Of a DNA stretch of 64,000 bases, positions 12,071 through 26,323 are shown piece by piece (position 1 is the first letter of the stretch; the number at the start of each line of letters is the position of its first letter). The DNA comes from Octopus bimaculoides (Eukaryota), in the NCBI RefSeq assembly GCF_001194135.2, contig NC_068984.1, forward strand, positions 98,612,195 through 98,676,194, read 5' to 3'. The translations under genes and the position numbers were made by a program. Under the pieces are notes generated by a model, which ran no database searches, was not told the DNA's origin, and saw only the letters and a program-made list of their open reading frames with translations.

Positions 12071-12574
12071 ATTCAGCAGTCTTTCATAATGGCATTTTCA
12101 AGCCTCTTTCTTTGCAGAATCATTAAATGCAAGTGCACCATTTTTCTCCTATGACATCCTAATTTTCTCTCACACACTGTCTTTATGAAGATGATAATGA
12201 AAATGATTACCATTAAACTTATTGACATCCCCATCACCATAGCCAATGTTGCCATCACTACCACCATCATCATCATTATCAGCATCATTTACTCTCAACT
12301 GACTGAATACCATTGTCTTTATGCTATCTATCTTTAGCTAAATGTGTGTATATGATGAGGCTGCCTATCTCTTACATAGTTGATAGTAGGCTGCAGTGGA
12401 ATTTTAACTCAGAAAACAAAAGATCTTGAACAAATACTACAACACATCTTGTCTGATACATTTGTTGTTTTACCTGTTCATTACCTTAGACTTTATGTCT
12501 TGAAAGAATGGAAAGCAAAGTTAACTTCAGGAAAATTTGAACCCAGTACACAAACAGTTGGAATAAACCTGTAA

Positions 12575-12882
12575 GACATTTCATTCAGTATTTTAATGTT
12601 TCTACCATTTTATATTATTTACATTATTTACATTTGACAGATATTTGTCCTTATCACGTTTGTTGTTAATATGTTTTGGCTGATATACCCTCCAGCTTTC
12701 ATCAGGTGTCTTGGGGAATTTTCGAACCTCTCATTCCTAAGGTATTTTTCGATGTTATTATTATTATTATTATTATTATCATTATTATCATTATTATTAT
12801 TCAGGTCACTGCCTGGAATTGAACTCGGAATCTTGGGGTTAGTAGCCCATACTCTTAACCACTATGCCATATGCCTATGGGC
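12575..12882 (-). mobile_element. Non-autonomous element: tRNA-like head, (AAT)n, decayed HHR motif
   Basis: Minus strand: A box TGGCATAGTGG (12859-69), B box GTTCAATTCC (12815-24), AAT tract, then gacacCTGATGAaagctg..cagccAAAAC (12670-12710). The 3' about 55 nt are shared with 25436-25499 (+). Confidence 0.7.
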
Positions 12883-12978
12883 AGTTTGTTTCCTAATAAT
12901 TCTAAACTCTAACTTGCCTAAGTCAGAATGTTCAATCTTCTTTCTAGTTGTCTGAAACCTTGTTGTTGTCTCTTTCAG

Positions 12979-13064
12979 GAATTACGTGGCAACATTAGAG
13001 TCCACTGTCGTCTTCGGCCTGTGTTCCACACTGATGTACAAGGTGATCCAGTTACATCGGTTAG
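12979..13064 (+). CDS. Internal exon of a C-terminal-motor kinesin (kinesin-14 family, KIF25/KIFC-like), neck and start of motor domain
   Basis: tctttcag|GAA...TTAG|gtaagt splice sites; translates ELRGNIRVHCRLRPVFHTDVQGDPVTSV, matching the kinesin-14 ELxGNIRVxxRxRP signature; 86 nt, ends in phase 2. Confidence 0.88.
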
Positions 13065-14029
13065 GTAAGTAATACAAAACTAATATACCCCTAAACTAAC
13101 ATATCACTTGTACACTATTAAGTGTGATGTTGATTTTCTTATTAATGGATCAGTCTTGATCCAGCAGTTCCTGTGATCAAAGATGTTCCAGCTATAATCA
13201 TCTTGTCTTTTACTCAGTGTATTCTGAATTACATTGTCCAGTAACATTTTCTGATAGGTTATTGTAATCCTAGATACACTTCATAAAAGAGGGGAAGGTC
13301 ATGGTTGGAATGTGTTTAATCCTAAGTGTTCTCAATCAAGGCTGACTGTTGGTGTTATGCATTGACCAGTCCCATTGCCTGCCTTTGGTGCCTGAGGATG
13401 CTTCAGAATATTCTGGGTGGGCACTAATTTGTAATAATGCTAAAGTGAAGTTTCAAAATAAGTCTATCACTGTACATCTGAGCATGCACCATTGAATAGT
13501 AAGTAGGCAGTGCCATCTAGTGCCCTCCATTAGTGACAAGCATGGCATTAACTTATGACTTTTCTTTGAGGTAAACCAGAAAGTTTAATTTCATAACACA
13601 ATTGTGACTGCTGAACAAGATCCAGCCTAATATCAATCCTTCTCTTGATATTTTTCTTTCACGTTTATTCTTTATTCCTTCTATTTTGCTTTCTTCCACT
13701 GTAACCACTCTTGTGATTTTCAGTCTGTAGATCTTTTTTGCTGTACAGGATATACTCTACATTCATTTCTTCTGTTTTCACTTAATTTTCTGAGATGATG
13801 TAGCTTTTTCTCATTCGTATTAATTGTTCACTTCACTAGTACACAGTATCAACTAACCCACTGAAAAAACTAGGAGTTTATTCTATCACTGTACATAACA
13901 TTCATTGGTTACATGAAAACCTGAAACTCCTTGGAAATGCAAAGCTTCCTTAACTTCTGTAAAGATCAAGGGGTTAAAGAAATCTTCATTTTTACATCGA
14001 TAGTGTGATCATCATTGAATTACACACAG

Positions 14030-14130
14030 AGGGATTATATCTAGATAAGAGAAGGAGTACAACAAGGAGACATCATATCACCAAACTTTATGTCCCACAG
14101 TTGCAAAATATCTTCAGAATATGAGATAAA
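14030..14130 (+). mobile_element. Short non-LTR RT fragment
   Basis: aaggagtacaacaaggagacatcatatcaccaaac reads GVQQGDIISP. Confidence 0.55.
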
Positions 14131-15489
14131 TGACATAAAAGATGAATAAATTAATAGAATTTGATTTTAATTTATTAGTTTTAAAGTTAATATCAAGATT
14201 ATTTTTAAGCTGTTTAGTAAATAACTTCCCTTAAAAACCAATATAATTAGAAAATCAATAAACCAATATAATTTGAAAGTCAATAATTTAAAATCAATAA
14301 ATTGTTTGTTTAACATGAAACACTTTAAGTCATATAAAATGAACTTAATAACTAATCAATTCTCTGAACTTAAAAAATGGTTAGTTGATACTGTTGGTAC
14401 CTTTTGCCCACAATATATTCTTTATAGTGCTCCCCACCTCCCCAGCAAGCTTTGGTTTGTTCTTACCAACTCAACTACATTTAAATGAAGATTAGAAAGA
14501 ATTAGTAAGTTCTACTGAACTGAATCTTGTAATAATCTATCCTAAAGTACTGGCACCAGTACTGCTAATATAGATCATGATGATGCTGCTGCTGCTAATG
14601 ATGATGATTATCTGGATGACAACAATGCTGACAATGACAATGACAAAGACATTAACAATGACAATGATGGTGACAACAATGATGATGTTATGGTAGTGGT
14701 GGTGGTGTTGATAATGATGATGATGATGATGATGATAACAACGACAAGTCAGGCTGACATAATCTATGAGGGAAATCTATATTTGTTATGGATGTGATTA
14801 GGAGGCCAAAGCAGGGATATGCTAACACATGATATATCTGAGGTTAACTTTTTAAAAGATGCTAATACATACTAAAGAATTTAAAAGTATTTCTAAGATG
14901 AATTATTTACTTTAACAACTTAAATTCTTTAGATTAACAACCTTGTCTTTCACGTTCTTCTCTACTGAACTGTTTTAATAAGTTTTATGTATAATTTTAC
15001 CACCCGAGTCCCAATATTTACAAATGTATATAAATGTATACATTCATAGACATGGCTAAATATGTTAGTAAATTGTTTGAATTATTGGGAATGAGCATTG
15101 TGAAATCAAACCTGACCCAGGGAATCGTGTATATCCACAATACACTAATAAATTTTTGCTTACAAGGAGAGAAATTAATTGTGCATTCCTTACTAGACTT
15201 AGTATTCCACCAGTAAATGTGGTGTATGCTTAAACTTGCAATGTCAGCTAAGTCAGTGTTGTTATTATGCTAATGATGGACAGCTTCACATTCTCTTTAT
15301 TCTAAGCAAGAGTAGTACTCAGTGGTTTGTGTTTTAGTGTGTTTTGTGCCATTTAATCTTTACCATTAAATTTTGTTAAAAATTTATTACAAAAATAAAG
15401 ATGTTAAAAGTATGTCAATTTTCAAGATAGTCTCTTTGCTTTTTAACATATTTTGTCCCACTCACAAGCTGGCTAATAGCTTAGAGATC

Positions 15490-16420
15490 AGTCATGCATG
15501 AACAGTTTCCTTCACTTCTTGGTCCATGATAAATTTGGTCACTTTGGCTCTTCAAATGGAACTAGCACATCAGGAGCAACACAAAGGAGCAACATCAGGC
15601 CTATAAGGAGAATGCTCCAATATATCATATTTCAGTTTTTGGAGAATTGTAGCAGTGTGAGCAGCAGTACAAGAACAGGCAGTGTGGTATCACAACATAG
15701 CTCCATTTAACAGTAGTTCTTCAGCATTTGCTTTGAGTTGTAGGCCTTAATTTGACATGTAGTCATGTAGTATCTCACCATTATGAGCATTGTTTACTGT
15801 TGAGCACCTTCCTGGATAATATTCCCATTCTAGTCCTTGGGAGTCCTAAACTTTCACCATAATTTTTCCTGCTCTTGCTTGAGCTTTGAACCTTTCCCAA
15901 CAAGTGATTGTGGATATTTTCAATCCATAATCTGGTGTTTACTCTCCAGTATGTAATGGTATATTCACGCTTCATCACTAGTATCAATTATTTTCTATCA
16001 GAAGGTGTCATCTTCATTACTATAGCAATTCAAACATCATTAGTAGATTTCAAAATGATTTGATTTTTTTTTTGTGCAAGCCAAAGAGTTGTTTTGGAAC
16101 CAATTTTGCACAAACATTTCTAAATCCAAGTTAATTGTGGATGATTCTTTTTAGCAGGTCCATAACTAATTTGCATATTATTTACCACTTCATCAAGTCA
16201 TCCACCTGTTCGACTGAAATATGTCATGAAATCAATATTATCATTAGCACAGGATGTGGTCAGGTATTTGTTTCCAGCTTGATGTGTATCAGTTGTTTGA
16301 TCATTTATTTTTTCAGTCCATCTATAAAATGTCTGTAGCTTCAAAACACTGCTTTCATATGGTACTGACCTCCAATAAATTTCAGAGACCATCTTTGTTG
16401 TGACCATCTAGTGATGTGCA
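15490..16420 (-). mobile_element. Highly degenerate mariner remnant
   Basis: Minus-strand fragments resemble the GDE, YGDAPPSY/RTG-like and PYSPD regions; many stops and frameshifts. Confidence 0.55.
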
Positions 16421-16699
16421 TGCAACTAGTTGTCCTGCCAATCATGAAAATATTGTAAAGGAATTATGGATAATGAATGATTCAATATTAATTGTTCATT
16501 TGGGTACCTAAACTCAGAAAGCAACTAAGACCATAGACACATAATGTAACAGATTGACATACAACTATTTAGGATGATTACTGGATTATTAATTAAGTTT
16601 ATAATTATACTGATAATTAAGTATTTACTGCCAAGATTAAGTAAATGACGATTGGCCACTGTCTCTCTGTTTCATTTTTGGTCAGTTGACTATGATTCA

Positions 16700-16900
16700 T
16701 CTAAAACTTTATGTCCAAGGTAATAACCCGAGCAATTTTTTTGTTTTGTTTTTGTGTAAGACTAGAAGTTGCTGCTGCAGCAAGTCTCCTCTCTCTGCAC
16801 AATACTGTTGTTCCAGAATAAGCCAAGGGCTGATACAGTTTGGTATCAGAATCATCATAGGTGAACTTGGAACATAAAGAGCTGAAAGAAGTAACAACAA
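16700..16900 (-). mobile_element. Tc1/mariner C-terminal fragment
   Basis: PSSPMMILIPNCISPWLILEQQYCA resembles a frameshifted P.SPDLNP..W.ILE..VCA. Confidence 0.4.
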
Positions 16901-17719
16901 TGCATTTTGTCCAACAGTCTAGTTATTCTTCCTATCCACCGCTCTCAACTGTTACTGTATCACCTCAGAATGATGCAGGGCAAAGTTGATTGCAAAGGGT
17001 GAGAACAAATACCATGAGGAATTTCATCTATTGATCTAACAATTCTACTATTCTACAATCCAAAACATTAGGAACACAAATTTGAGAGAGAAGTGTGACT
17101 GGTCTACTGACAGTACTTGAACCAACAACTTATAGTTTACTAATTGACCCCATTACATAACTGCCTTTGTCTCTTTTCAAAACTTACACTACAAAATTTG
17201 AAAAGAAGGAATGGCAACAGCTCTGTAGTGTAATCATTAATGCAGTATCTCAGCAAAGAGTAGATATGGTTCAAATTCCTGCTAGTTGACTTGATGTACT
17301 TACTTTTGGTTTCAAATGATTGCTTTAATCCTTTAGCATTCAAATTACACTGTCAAATGTAATGCTTATTTATTCATTGTTTTGAGTTAACCTTCCATTA
17401 TCTAGTAGCTTTGAGGTTTTTTTAATGTGATTGCTTATTATTAGGAGGGCATCATAGGGTAGGTGTGAGAGGCAAGATCTGGCTGGTTTGAACATAAAAC
17501 AGGTAGACTATGCAGGCCAGATATGGTCGGTATGAATGTTAAAGGGTTAATGACAATTTACAATATCATCTATACTGAGGCTGCTAGATCCAGAATGCAG
17601 TCAGTCTACAGTTAATAGATTTGAGTTTGGCATTCATCTGCAGATTAGATTATGTTTATTTTTTGTTATAATTGTACCATTTCTGTTATGGTTGGTATTT
17701 TAAAATGATTTCAAAGTTT

Positions 17720-17900
17720 TTATAGAATGGTAAGATCATCCAACTAATAGATGTCTGTTTGCTTAAGAAGTTCTCATCACAGCCATATGTTCGTTGGCTA
17801 AGTTCCTCTGTGCAGCACCTTGGGCAACATAAATCCCTGAAAAGGGGATATAACTCAATATCTGAATTGTTCAATAAAGAAAGATCAATAAAGTTAGTGG
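17720..17900 (+). mobile_element. Possible hAT transposase fragment
   Basis: A plus frame reads PYVRWLSSSVQHL; VRWLS is a hAT/Buster motif. Single motif only. Confidence 0.25.
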
Positions 17901-20900
17901 TATTACTGATGGTAATATAATTGATTGAAACTCATGAAGGTGATACTCCAGCTTGCCACAGTCCAGTAACTGAGACACTTACAGGAATATACTATAACTT
18001 ATTTTGCAGTAGATGTATACTGAAAATCTAGATGAGAAGGTATAATAATTTTAAGAGCTAAATGGTGGTGGCAGTGGTAATGATAGTAGCAGTAGCAGTG
18101 GTGGGTTAATTCAAAGACCTCCATCCACTTATCTATTTCTCTGCTCATAAGACAATTCAAAACCTGTCTTGTTTTTTGTTGTTGCTTATTTCTCACCTTT
18201 ATTTTTACCATTTTTTTATGTGTATTATTAAATTTTGTTTCATTTCTTGGTTGTTTTGTGGAGGGAGTATTTGCTGTATTGTGTTTCAGCAGTTTTTGGA
18301 GAACAATCAGAAACTGAAATAGAACTGGGTGGTTGACTAAGACTTGCAGGAAAACTAAAGCTACACAGATATGCACATACATACATACATACATACATAC
18401 ATACATACATACATACATACATACATACATACACACACATAGATACATACATACATACATACATGATACATACATACATGTGTGTGTGTATAAATATATA
18501 TATGCATACATATATGTATGTATATATACATACATACATGATACATACATACATGTGTGTGTATAGATATATATATGCATACATACATACATACATATAT
18601 ATATACACACACCTATGTATATACATATGCATATGTATANNNNNNNNNNNNNNNNNNNNNNNNNNNNNNNNNNNNNNNNNNNNNNNNNNNNNNNNNNNNN
18701 NNNNNNNNNNNNNNNNNNNNNNNNNNNNNNNNNNNNNNNNNNNNNNNNNNNNNNNNNNNNNNNNNNNNNNNNNNNNNNNNNNNNNNNNNNNNNNNNNNNN
18801 NNNNNNNNNNNNNNNNNNNNNNNNNNNNNNNNNNNNNNNNNAAACAACTCAAAATAAAAGACACACCTAATCATCCACTGATGCTCATCCTCCCTACCCA
18901 AATCCAGAGAATTATTGTTGTTGCTGTTGTTGTTAATATCTAAAGATTCTGTTGCCTTCCAGTTGAATTTCCACCAGTTGGTCATGTGACCATCTTTCTA
19001 AGGAAGTCTTTAGGGAAAGGGGTTGGGGAGGGGGATGTTGCAAAGGAACAAAGAGAAACACATTTAACGCACTCTGGCAACACCACTACCTCCTTTATAT
19101 CATCATCATCATCATCATCATCATCGTCGTCATCATCATCATCACCACCACCACCACCACTACCACCACCACCACCACCATCATCATATCAACACCACCA
19201 TCACCACCATCGTCATCATGACCAACATTATCATTAATATAGATTATGGTTTGTTTCTAAATTTACACCAAATGAGAATATGGAATGTGTCCCTAGGCAA
19301 GATATTTAACTCTGCTTGCTTTTTATGAATCTTCTTAATCACATTATGATGATATTGATGATGATGATGATGACAATCATCATCATCATTGTCACTCTAA
19401 CCATCTTTCCCAATACTGGCCACTACCATCACCACCACCTTCGCTCTCCTTTCTCAATAATGACAACCACTATTTAAACGTATATATTGTATTCCTGCCA
19501 AGGTTTAGATCTGTAGGAAGTACAACATCTTTCCTACAATTTGTGTTTGACCACTATTTTAATTTCTGCCTCATGCTTCTGTCAGGCCAAAAACATAAAA
19601 TAAAACGAAATAAAAATAGAGACTCACTTAAAAAGGTTTTATTTCAGATACCACTTTGAACCTGTAATGTAAGTTCAGTCCCTGAACCATTTTATTTCAC
19701 TCCTTTCATGTACCCAAGAATTTTTATCTTAGATTTTACTTTCTCTCTCTCTCTACACACACACACACATGCACATGCACACACAAACACACACAAAGAT
19801 ACATGTGTGCACACACACACACACGCAAGCACATGTCCACACACACACACCACTATTCATCCATCCATTTGTATACATGTATGTATATATGTGTGAGTGT
19901 GTGTGTACATATCCATTTCTGAGTATGTCCATATGTGTGTATGTGTTTGTGTTGTTTCCTTGATGTCATGGGTTAGTTATAAATAAATGTTGCTGTCATG
20001 TAAAGCGAAGTCCCTCATTTCCAGTCTTCCATGTAAACATATCTGGCCATAGGGATATGTTGCTTGGAAACAGGTGAAGGTTGGTAACAGGAGGGAATCC
20101 AACAACAGAAAATCTTCCTCACCAAATTCATTCTGAGCAATGCAAGCATGGAAAAGTGGTCGTTAAAACACATGTACATATGCACACACACACACACACA
20201 CATACATACATACATACATGTATGCATGCATTTGTACCAACATGCATATGTATATACATACATGCAAATGTACCTATATGCATACGTATACATGTAGATA
20301 AATATGGTCAAATAGTTATGGTGTTTGCTCAGCAATCATGAGTCCCAGGTTTAATCTCACTGCATAGTATCTTGGGTAACTTTCTTTTGCCATAGCCTCA
20401 GGTCAACCATGCCTTGTAAGTGAGAGTGGGTATCTAGCAGAAATATTTAGCAATTGCAAAACACCCAGAAATTGAACCTGGATCACTGTATCCAAGGCAA
20501 AGAAAACAACTAAGTAACTCATGGTATTTGCTGATGGAACAAGAGCTAATTAAACAATTTCATCTTTGACATGTTGTTTCTGACCAAGAGCATCAGTTAT
20601 AAATAAAATATATATATTTCTTGCATTTTATCCTCTAGCAATTAGAAGCTGGAGCAAACATCTGCTATCTGCAGCAGAGAATGAGAAAAAAGCTTAGAGC
20701 TGTGTCCGTAACACCAAGACACTGATAAGATGATGGTGAAAATCTCATCAACACAGCTTAACCAGATAACTCCAAGAAATACATGACAGAAACTACTGTT
20801 ATACCTGATCTTACGATATCTCATATGATTTTCTAACTTGCTTACTTGTATAAACAACTTTTCTTATTTAAAGCATGAATGAAATATGTGTTCTTTCAAT

Positions 20901-21829
20901 CTGTATCAACTTGATACCAAATCATAACTATATTCACAAACATACATACAAAACGATCACAACATGAATATGGAAACTAAGAAGAAGCCCATTAAATAGA
21001 TTGTACCTGTAACTCAAAGGTAGTACCTTTTCACACTGATTCTGACTGAGAATTATGTTAAAGGTACACATATCTGTAGAGTATTCATTCACCTACACAT
21101 TAATTCAGGAGCAAGTAATTCATTTGTACAAACAAGTGAACTCTTATCATTGGAACTGATGGAGACCTTATGTGACTGTGATGAGAGGAAAGACTGCTTT
21201 GCAGAGTTTCCATCCAGAATGGTAAGACAGGTGGGAATGTTATCCAGCCAGAGCAATTGTAAGATCATTGTCTGTGAGAAATGTATGGGTGGAGATGAGT
21301 AAGTTTGTCTGTAACATTTGGGTCTGCTAAGGTCTGTAAGGACCAGGTGGTGATAGTATCAAACAGTGAGATGTGTTAGGTCTAGCGTCCAAATATTTGG
21401 GTGTGAGGCCTAACATACCTCACTGTTATAGTGATTACATAACCCATTGCAAGTTATGGCATGATTTCCGTTTTTCATTTTGAGAGCATGAATGTCCGAA
21501 TGAACAAGTCAGTGATCACCCAGCTAATTCCTTTAGTGTTTCTAAGGTGGTGTGCTGGTAGAATCTTTTGGATACTGGGAAAAATACTTAGTGGAATTTT
21601 ATCCATCTATATGTTCTGAGTTCAAACTCTGCTGAAGTTGACTTTCCTTTCATCCTTTTGGGGTCAATAAAATAAGTACCATTTCAGCACTGGGGTCTAT
21701 GTAATTGACTTATCTCCTCCCCCAAAATTTCTGGCCTTGTGCCAAAATTTGAAATCAATTCTTCTAGTGCCTGACCACCAATCAGTATTCCAGCTGTGAC
21801 CATTTCATTTTTACACATATACACATCAT

Positions 21830-22520
21830 CATCATCATCACTTAACGTCAATTTCCATGCTGGCATGGGTTAGATGGTTTGACTGGAACTGGTAAGCCAG
21901 AGAGCTGCAACATGTTCCAGTCTGATCTGGTGCAGCTCTCCGGCTTACCTGTTCCAATCTGATTTGGCATGGTTTCTTCAGCTGGATGCCCTTTGTAATG
22001 CCAGCCACTCCAAGAGTGTAATGGGTACCTTTTACCTTCCATCAGCACGGGTGACATTTACATGACACTGGTAATGGCCACGTCTATTATTCCATGGGTG
22101 CCATTTACATGACACTGGCAACTGCCACAACTATAGTTTTACATGGCTTGATGAGTCTTCTCAAGCACAGTATATTGCTATGGTCTTGGTCACATGTTAT
22201 TGCCTCCGTGAGGCCCTACATTTGAAGGTCATGCTTCACCACCTCATTCCTCACCTCTGTGAGGCTCAACATTCAAAGATTATTTCGAAGATCATATTAC
22301 TGGAAATAGTATGATTACAATTTCATAGGTGCCATGTACATGACACCAGTAACAGTCATGACTAAGATTTCACTTGGCTTGATGAGTCTTCTCAAGCACA
22401 GCATATTGCCAAAGGTGTCACTTCCATGAGGCCCAAAATTTGAAGATCATGCTTCATCATCTCGTCCCATGTCTTTCTGGGTCTACTTCTTCTACAGGTT
22501 CCATCCACCAGTTAATTTGG
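21830..22520 (-). mobile_element. RTE LINE 3' end/UTR with internal duplications and (GAT)n tail
   Basis: catcatcatcacttaacgtc..ttccatgctggcatgggtt matches the reverse complement of the RTE end at 49900-49965; duplicated segments near 22090 and 22330. Confidence 0.75.
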
Positions 22521-23159
22521 CTGTTATTGCTAGCAGATCCTATGATCATACAAAGCCAGCACCTTCATTGGTTTAATTATTGTCTTACTGTAGATGTAAT
22601 GAAATACAATACTTATTGTTTTAGTTAATTGTAAAAATCATGAAATTTGCAGATATTTAATAAATGAACAAATGTTTCAATTAATTGGAATATAAAGTTG
22701 AAGATTTGGAACATAATGAAACAAAAGATTCTAAAATAAAAGTATTATGGCAGACCATAATTTAAATATCAATACTTAAGAAGGAACTGCTACATCATAG
22801 CACTAAGGAAGTCTTACACAGGCTGGTATTAAGATGGTGAAGACTCTGCTCTTTATATATGGGTATTTTCAATAGTATACAAAATACAACATACCCATTC
22901 TAACTCCCTAAAACTCCAAATGTTGTGGTGTAGGGTTTTAGCTTCAACCAAAGTGATATTTGGTGTCTATTTGAGATGTAGTTGGTGCTAGTTTACAGTG
23001 ACCTATTACATGTATGTATAGGTGGGCCAAATGTCTCACAAAAAATAAGTTCAAATGCTCTGGAGTTATCAAAGACATGCCTCAAAAGTTTTCTAAAATT
23101 GAATAAAGCAAATACATTAATGATGAATACACACATAGTTGTACATGATGAAGAGAGTG

Positions 23160-23163
23160 AATA

Positions 23164-23231
<68 letters not shown>

Positions 23232-23260
23232 TATAATAATAACAACAACAACAACAACAT
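23160..23260. repeat. (TAA)n microsatellite
   Basis: Direct reading. Confidence 0.95.
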
Positions 23261-23539
23261 AATATGAATAAAATGTTAAATGTTTTGCTGTGTGATTTTT
23301 GGCCCACCATGATAATAACATATNNNNNNNNNNNNNNNNNNNNNNNNNNNNNNNNNNNNNNNNNNNNNNNNNNNNNNNNNNNNNNNNNNNNNNNNNNNNN
23401 NNNNNNNNNNNNNNNNNNNNNNNNNNNNNNNNNNNNNNNNNNNNNNNNNNNNNNNNNNNNNNNNNNNNNNNNNNNNNNNNNNNNNNNNNNNNNNNNNNNN
23501 NNNNNCTTAATTTATTCGAAGATATAAAAAATCGGGAAC

Positions 23540-24460
23540 TGTTGAAAACAGAATAATATCTGGTGCACCATGCAAGATTTCCCATAAATCTTTAAGAAAA
23601 ATGAAGCAAGGAATCGAAAAAAATACAATGATCACCAGAAAAAAGTTTCAAGAGGATTTTTTAGCTTCAGGGACTAGTGTTACACTACGAACAATCAGCA
23701 ATGAACTTCATAGGGTTGAACTGAAGTCATGCTCTCCTAGAAAAACTCCGCTGTTGACTAAAAGGCATAGAGATGCCCATTTAAAATTTGTTTATGAATA
23801 TAAAGATAAATCTGATACATTCTGGGAAAATGTTCTATGGACAGACGAGTTGAAAATTGAATTGTTTGGACGAAATTCGCGTAGCCATGTTTGGAGGAAA
23901 GATGGTAGTGCCTATTTGCCGAAAAACACAATTCCTACCATAAAGTTTGGAGGTGGCAACATTATGGTGTGGGGGTGTTTCTCTGCAAATGGCACTGGCA
24001 ATTTACATGTGATAGATGGTAGAATGAATGCAGAGATGTACCAAAATATTTGGAACAATAACGTATGGGACTCTGTAGAAAAGCTCCAGCTTTGTGAAGG
24101 GCGCGTTTTACAACAGGATAATAACCCTAAGCACATGGTGAAGTCTAACCAAAAACTGGATTGTCAATCACAATATAAAATTATTAGAATGGCCAAGCCA
24201 GTCACCTGACTTGAACCCCATTGAAAATTTGTGGCGTTATTTGAAAATTAAAATTCATTCAAGAGCCCCAGTGTGCATTCCAGATTTGAAGAAAATTTGT
24301 CAAGAAGAATGGGAAAAAATTCCTAAAGAAAGATGCAAGTCATTGATTAAGAACAACAAGAAGAGATTGGTTGAAGTGGAACTGAATAATGGTTATGCTA
24401 CGAAGTATCAAATCAGGATTATTGGTTATTTATGTTCTGTACGAATACCTTTTTCACCCC
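23540..24460 (+). mobile_element. Tc1-family (DD34E) transposase, near complete, one frameshift
   Basis: PRKTPLL, VLWTDELKIELFG, TIKFGGGNIMVWGCFS, QQDNNPKH, then WPSQSPDLNPIENLW after a frameshift; the left end lies in a gap. Confidence 0.92.
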
Positions 24461-25262
24461 TAAATATCTATAATTGTATATAAATTCATTAGTTACTATA
24501 ATTTATTAGTTTCTTTTGCATATTCTTAGTTTATGCATGTATATGCAAATATAGTATTGGTATACCCCATTTATGTTCATTAGAAATTAAATAAATNNNN
24601 NNNNNNNNNNNNNNNNNNNNNNNNNNNNNNNNNNNNNNNNNNNNNNNNNNNNNNNNNNNNNNNNNNNNNNNNNNNNNNNNNNNNNNNNNNNNNNNNNNNN
24701 NNNNNNNNNNNNNNNNNNNNNNNNNNNNNNNNNNNNNNNNNNNNNNNNNNNNNNNNNNNNNNNNNNNNNNNNNNNNNNNNNNNNNNNNNNNNNNNNNNNN
24801 NNNNNNNNNNNNNNNNNNNNNNNNNNNNNNNNNNNNNNNNNNNNNNNNNNNNNNNNNNNNNNNNNNNNNNNNNNNNNNNNNNNNNNNNNNNNNNNNNNNN
24901 NNNNNNNNNNNNNNNNNNNNNNNNNNNNNNNNNNNNNNNNNNNNNNNNNNNNNNNNNNNNNNNNNNNNNNNNNNNNNNNNNNNNNNNNNNNNNNNNNNNN
25001 NNNNNNNNNNNNNNNNNNNNNNNNNNNNNNNNNNNNNNNNNNNNNNNNNNNNNNNNNNNNNNNNNNNNNNNNNNNNNNNNNNNNNNNNNNNNNNNNNNNN
25101 NNNNNNNNNNNNNNNNNNNNNNNNNNNNNNNNNNNNNNNNNNNNNNNNNNNNNNNNNNNNNNNNNNNNACCATGGCTACCGAATAATTGTCATATTTTTA
25201 CAGATAAATTCCTCTATTTACATAATATCGAGGTCTCTTTCTTTGTTTTGTTGTCTTTTCTA

Positions 25263-25315
<53 letters not shown>

Positions 25316-25719
25316 AAATAAAGAAATGGAGTTAAACGCAGGTGTTATTCAAATCTTTATACTTCCGATATATGTTTTGAAGAAAACATTGGTATAGTTC
25401 ATGAAGGAATAAAATGATGGAAAACAATGCAATCAACTGAAACATTGTGTTAACAACAAACAAGATGAGGACAAATATCCGTCAAATGTAAATAATGTAT
25501 GTATATACATATTGATATATATACATATATTACATACAAAGATAAGAGGAATGACCAGCAAAAGTGGACTCCTACATACTAGAAATAGATGCCGAATCAT
25601 CTAACCACGAAAAAAAATGTACCACGAAAAAATTGTATGTTCTCAGTAAAAATTCAGCGACACAACAGATTGTAAGAGAGCAAGACAAATGAAAAGATAC
25701 TAAATAAAAAACGATAAAC

Positions 25720-25784
25720 CTACGTACCATGGTTTCACCTGTTAAAATTTACATAAGTAAATATATGCAGGATCGTCAGTGTAG
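25720..25784 (-). ncRNA. Type I hammerhead ribozyme, copy with one stem I mismatch
   Basis: Same as 26257-26323 except the base next to the core is A instead of G (A.C mismatch at stem I position 1). Confidence 0.75.
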
Positions 25785-26256
25785 TCCGTCGATTCGCAAT
25801 GCAATTTCCAGAACTAGACACAAGACGTCCACCCGAAAGGGAGTACGTGTAGAGTTCTACAAATTACATTCAGTGTATCATTTCAAATGTCTTCAATCTG
25901 GCGCACTAAGTCCGGAAATAATTCTGCAGTTAATAAATTTTTGCAGCTAATTTACCGGTATGAGAACATTATTATATAAAATTTATTAATGAGGGTAGAA
26001 ATTGATATTAATCAATTAAAACCAGTGGTCTAGCATATTAAAAAAATCCGAAGATTAAAATTATATTACATACAAAGATAAGAGGAATGACCAGCAAAAG
26101 TGGACTCCTATATGCTAGAAATAGATGCTGAATCATCTAACCACGAAAAAAAATGTACCACGAAAAAAAATGTATGTTCTCAGTAAAAATTCAGCGACAC
26201 AACAGATTGTAAAAGAGCAAGACAAATGAAAAAATACTACATAAAAAAACGATTAA

Positions 26257-26323
26257 ACTACGTACCATGGTTTCACCTGTTAAAATTTACATAAGTAAAT
26301 ATATGCAGGATCGTCAGCGTAGT
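26257..26323 (-). ncRNA. Type I hammerhead ribozyme, all core motifs present
   Basis: Minus strand: ACTACG-CTGACGA-T-CCTG-(ATTTAC ttat GTAAAT hairpin)-CAGG-T-GAA-ACCATGGT-A-CGTAGT; 6-bp stem I; predicted cleavage between 26263 and 26262. Confidence 0.88.

Noticed and set aside
12803-12882. Functional tRNA gene
   Set aside because: Acceptor stem and cloverleaf are incomplete, and it is embedded in a repeat with an (AAT)n tail; treated as a SINE-like head.
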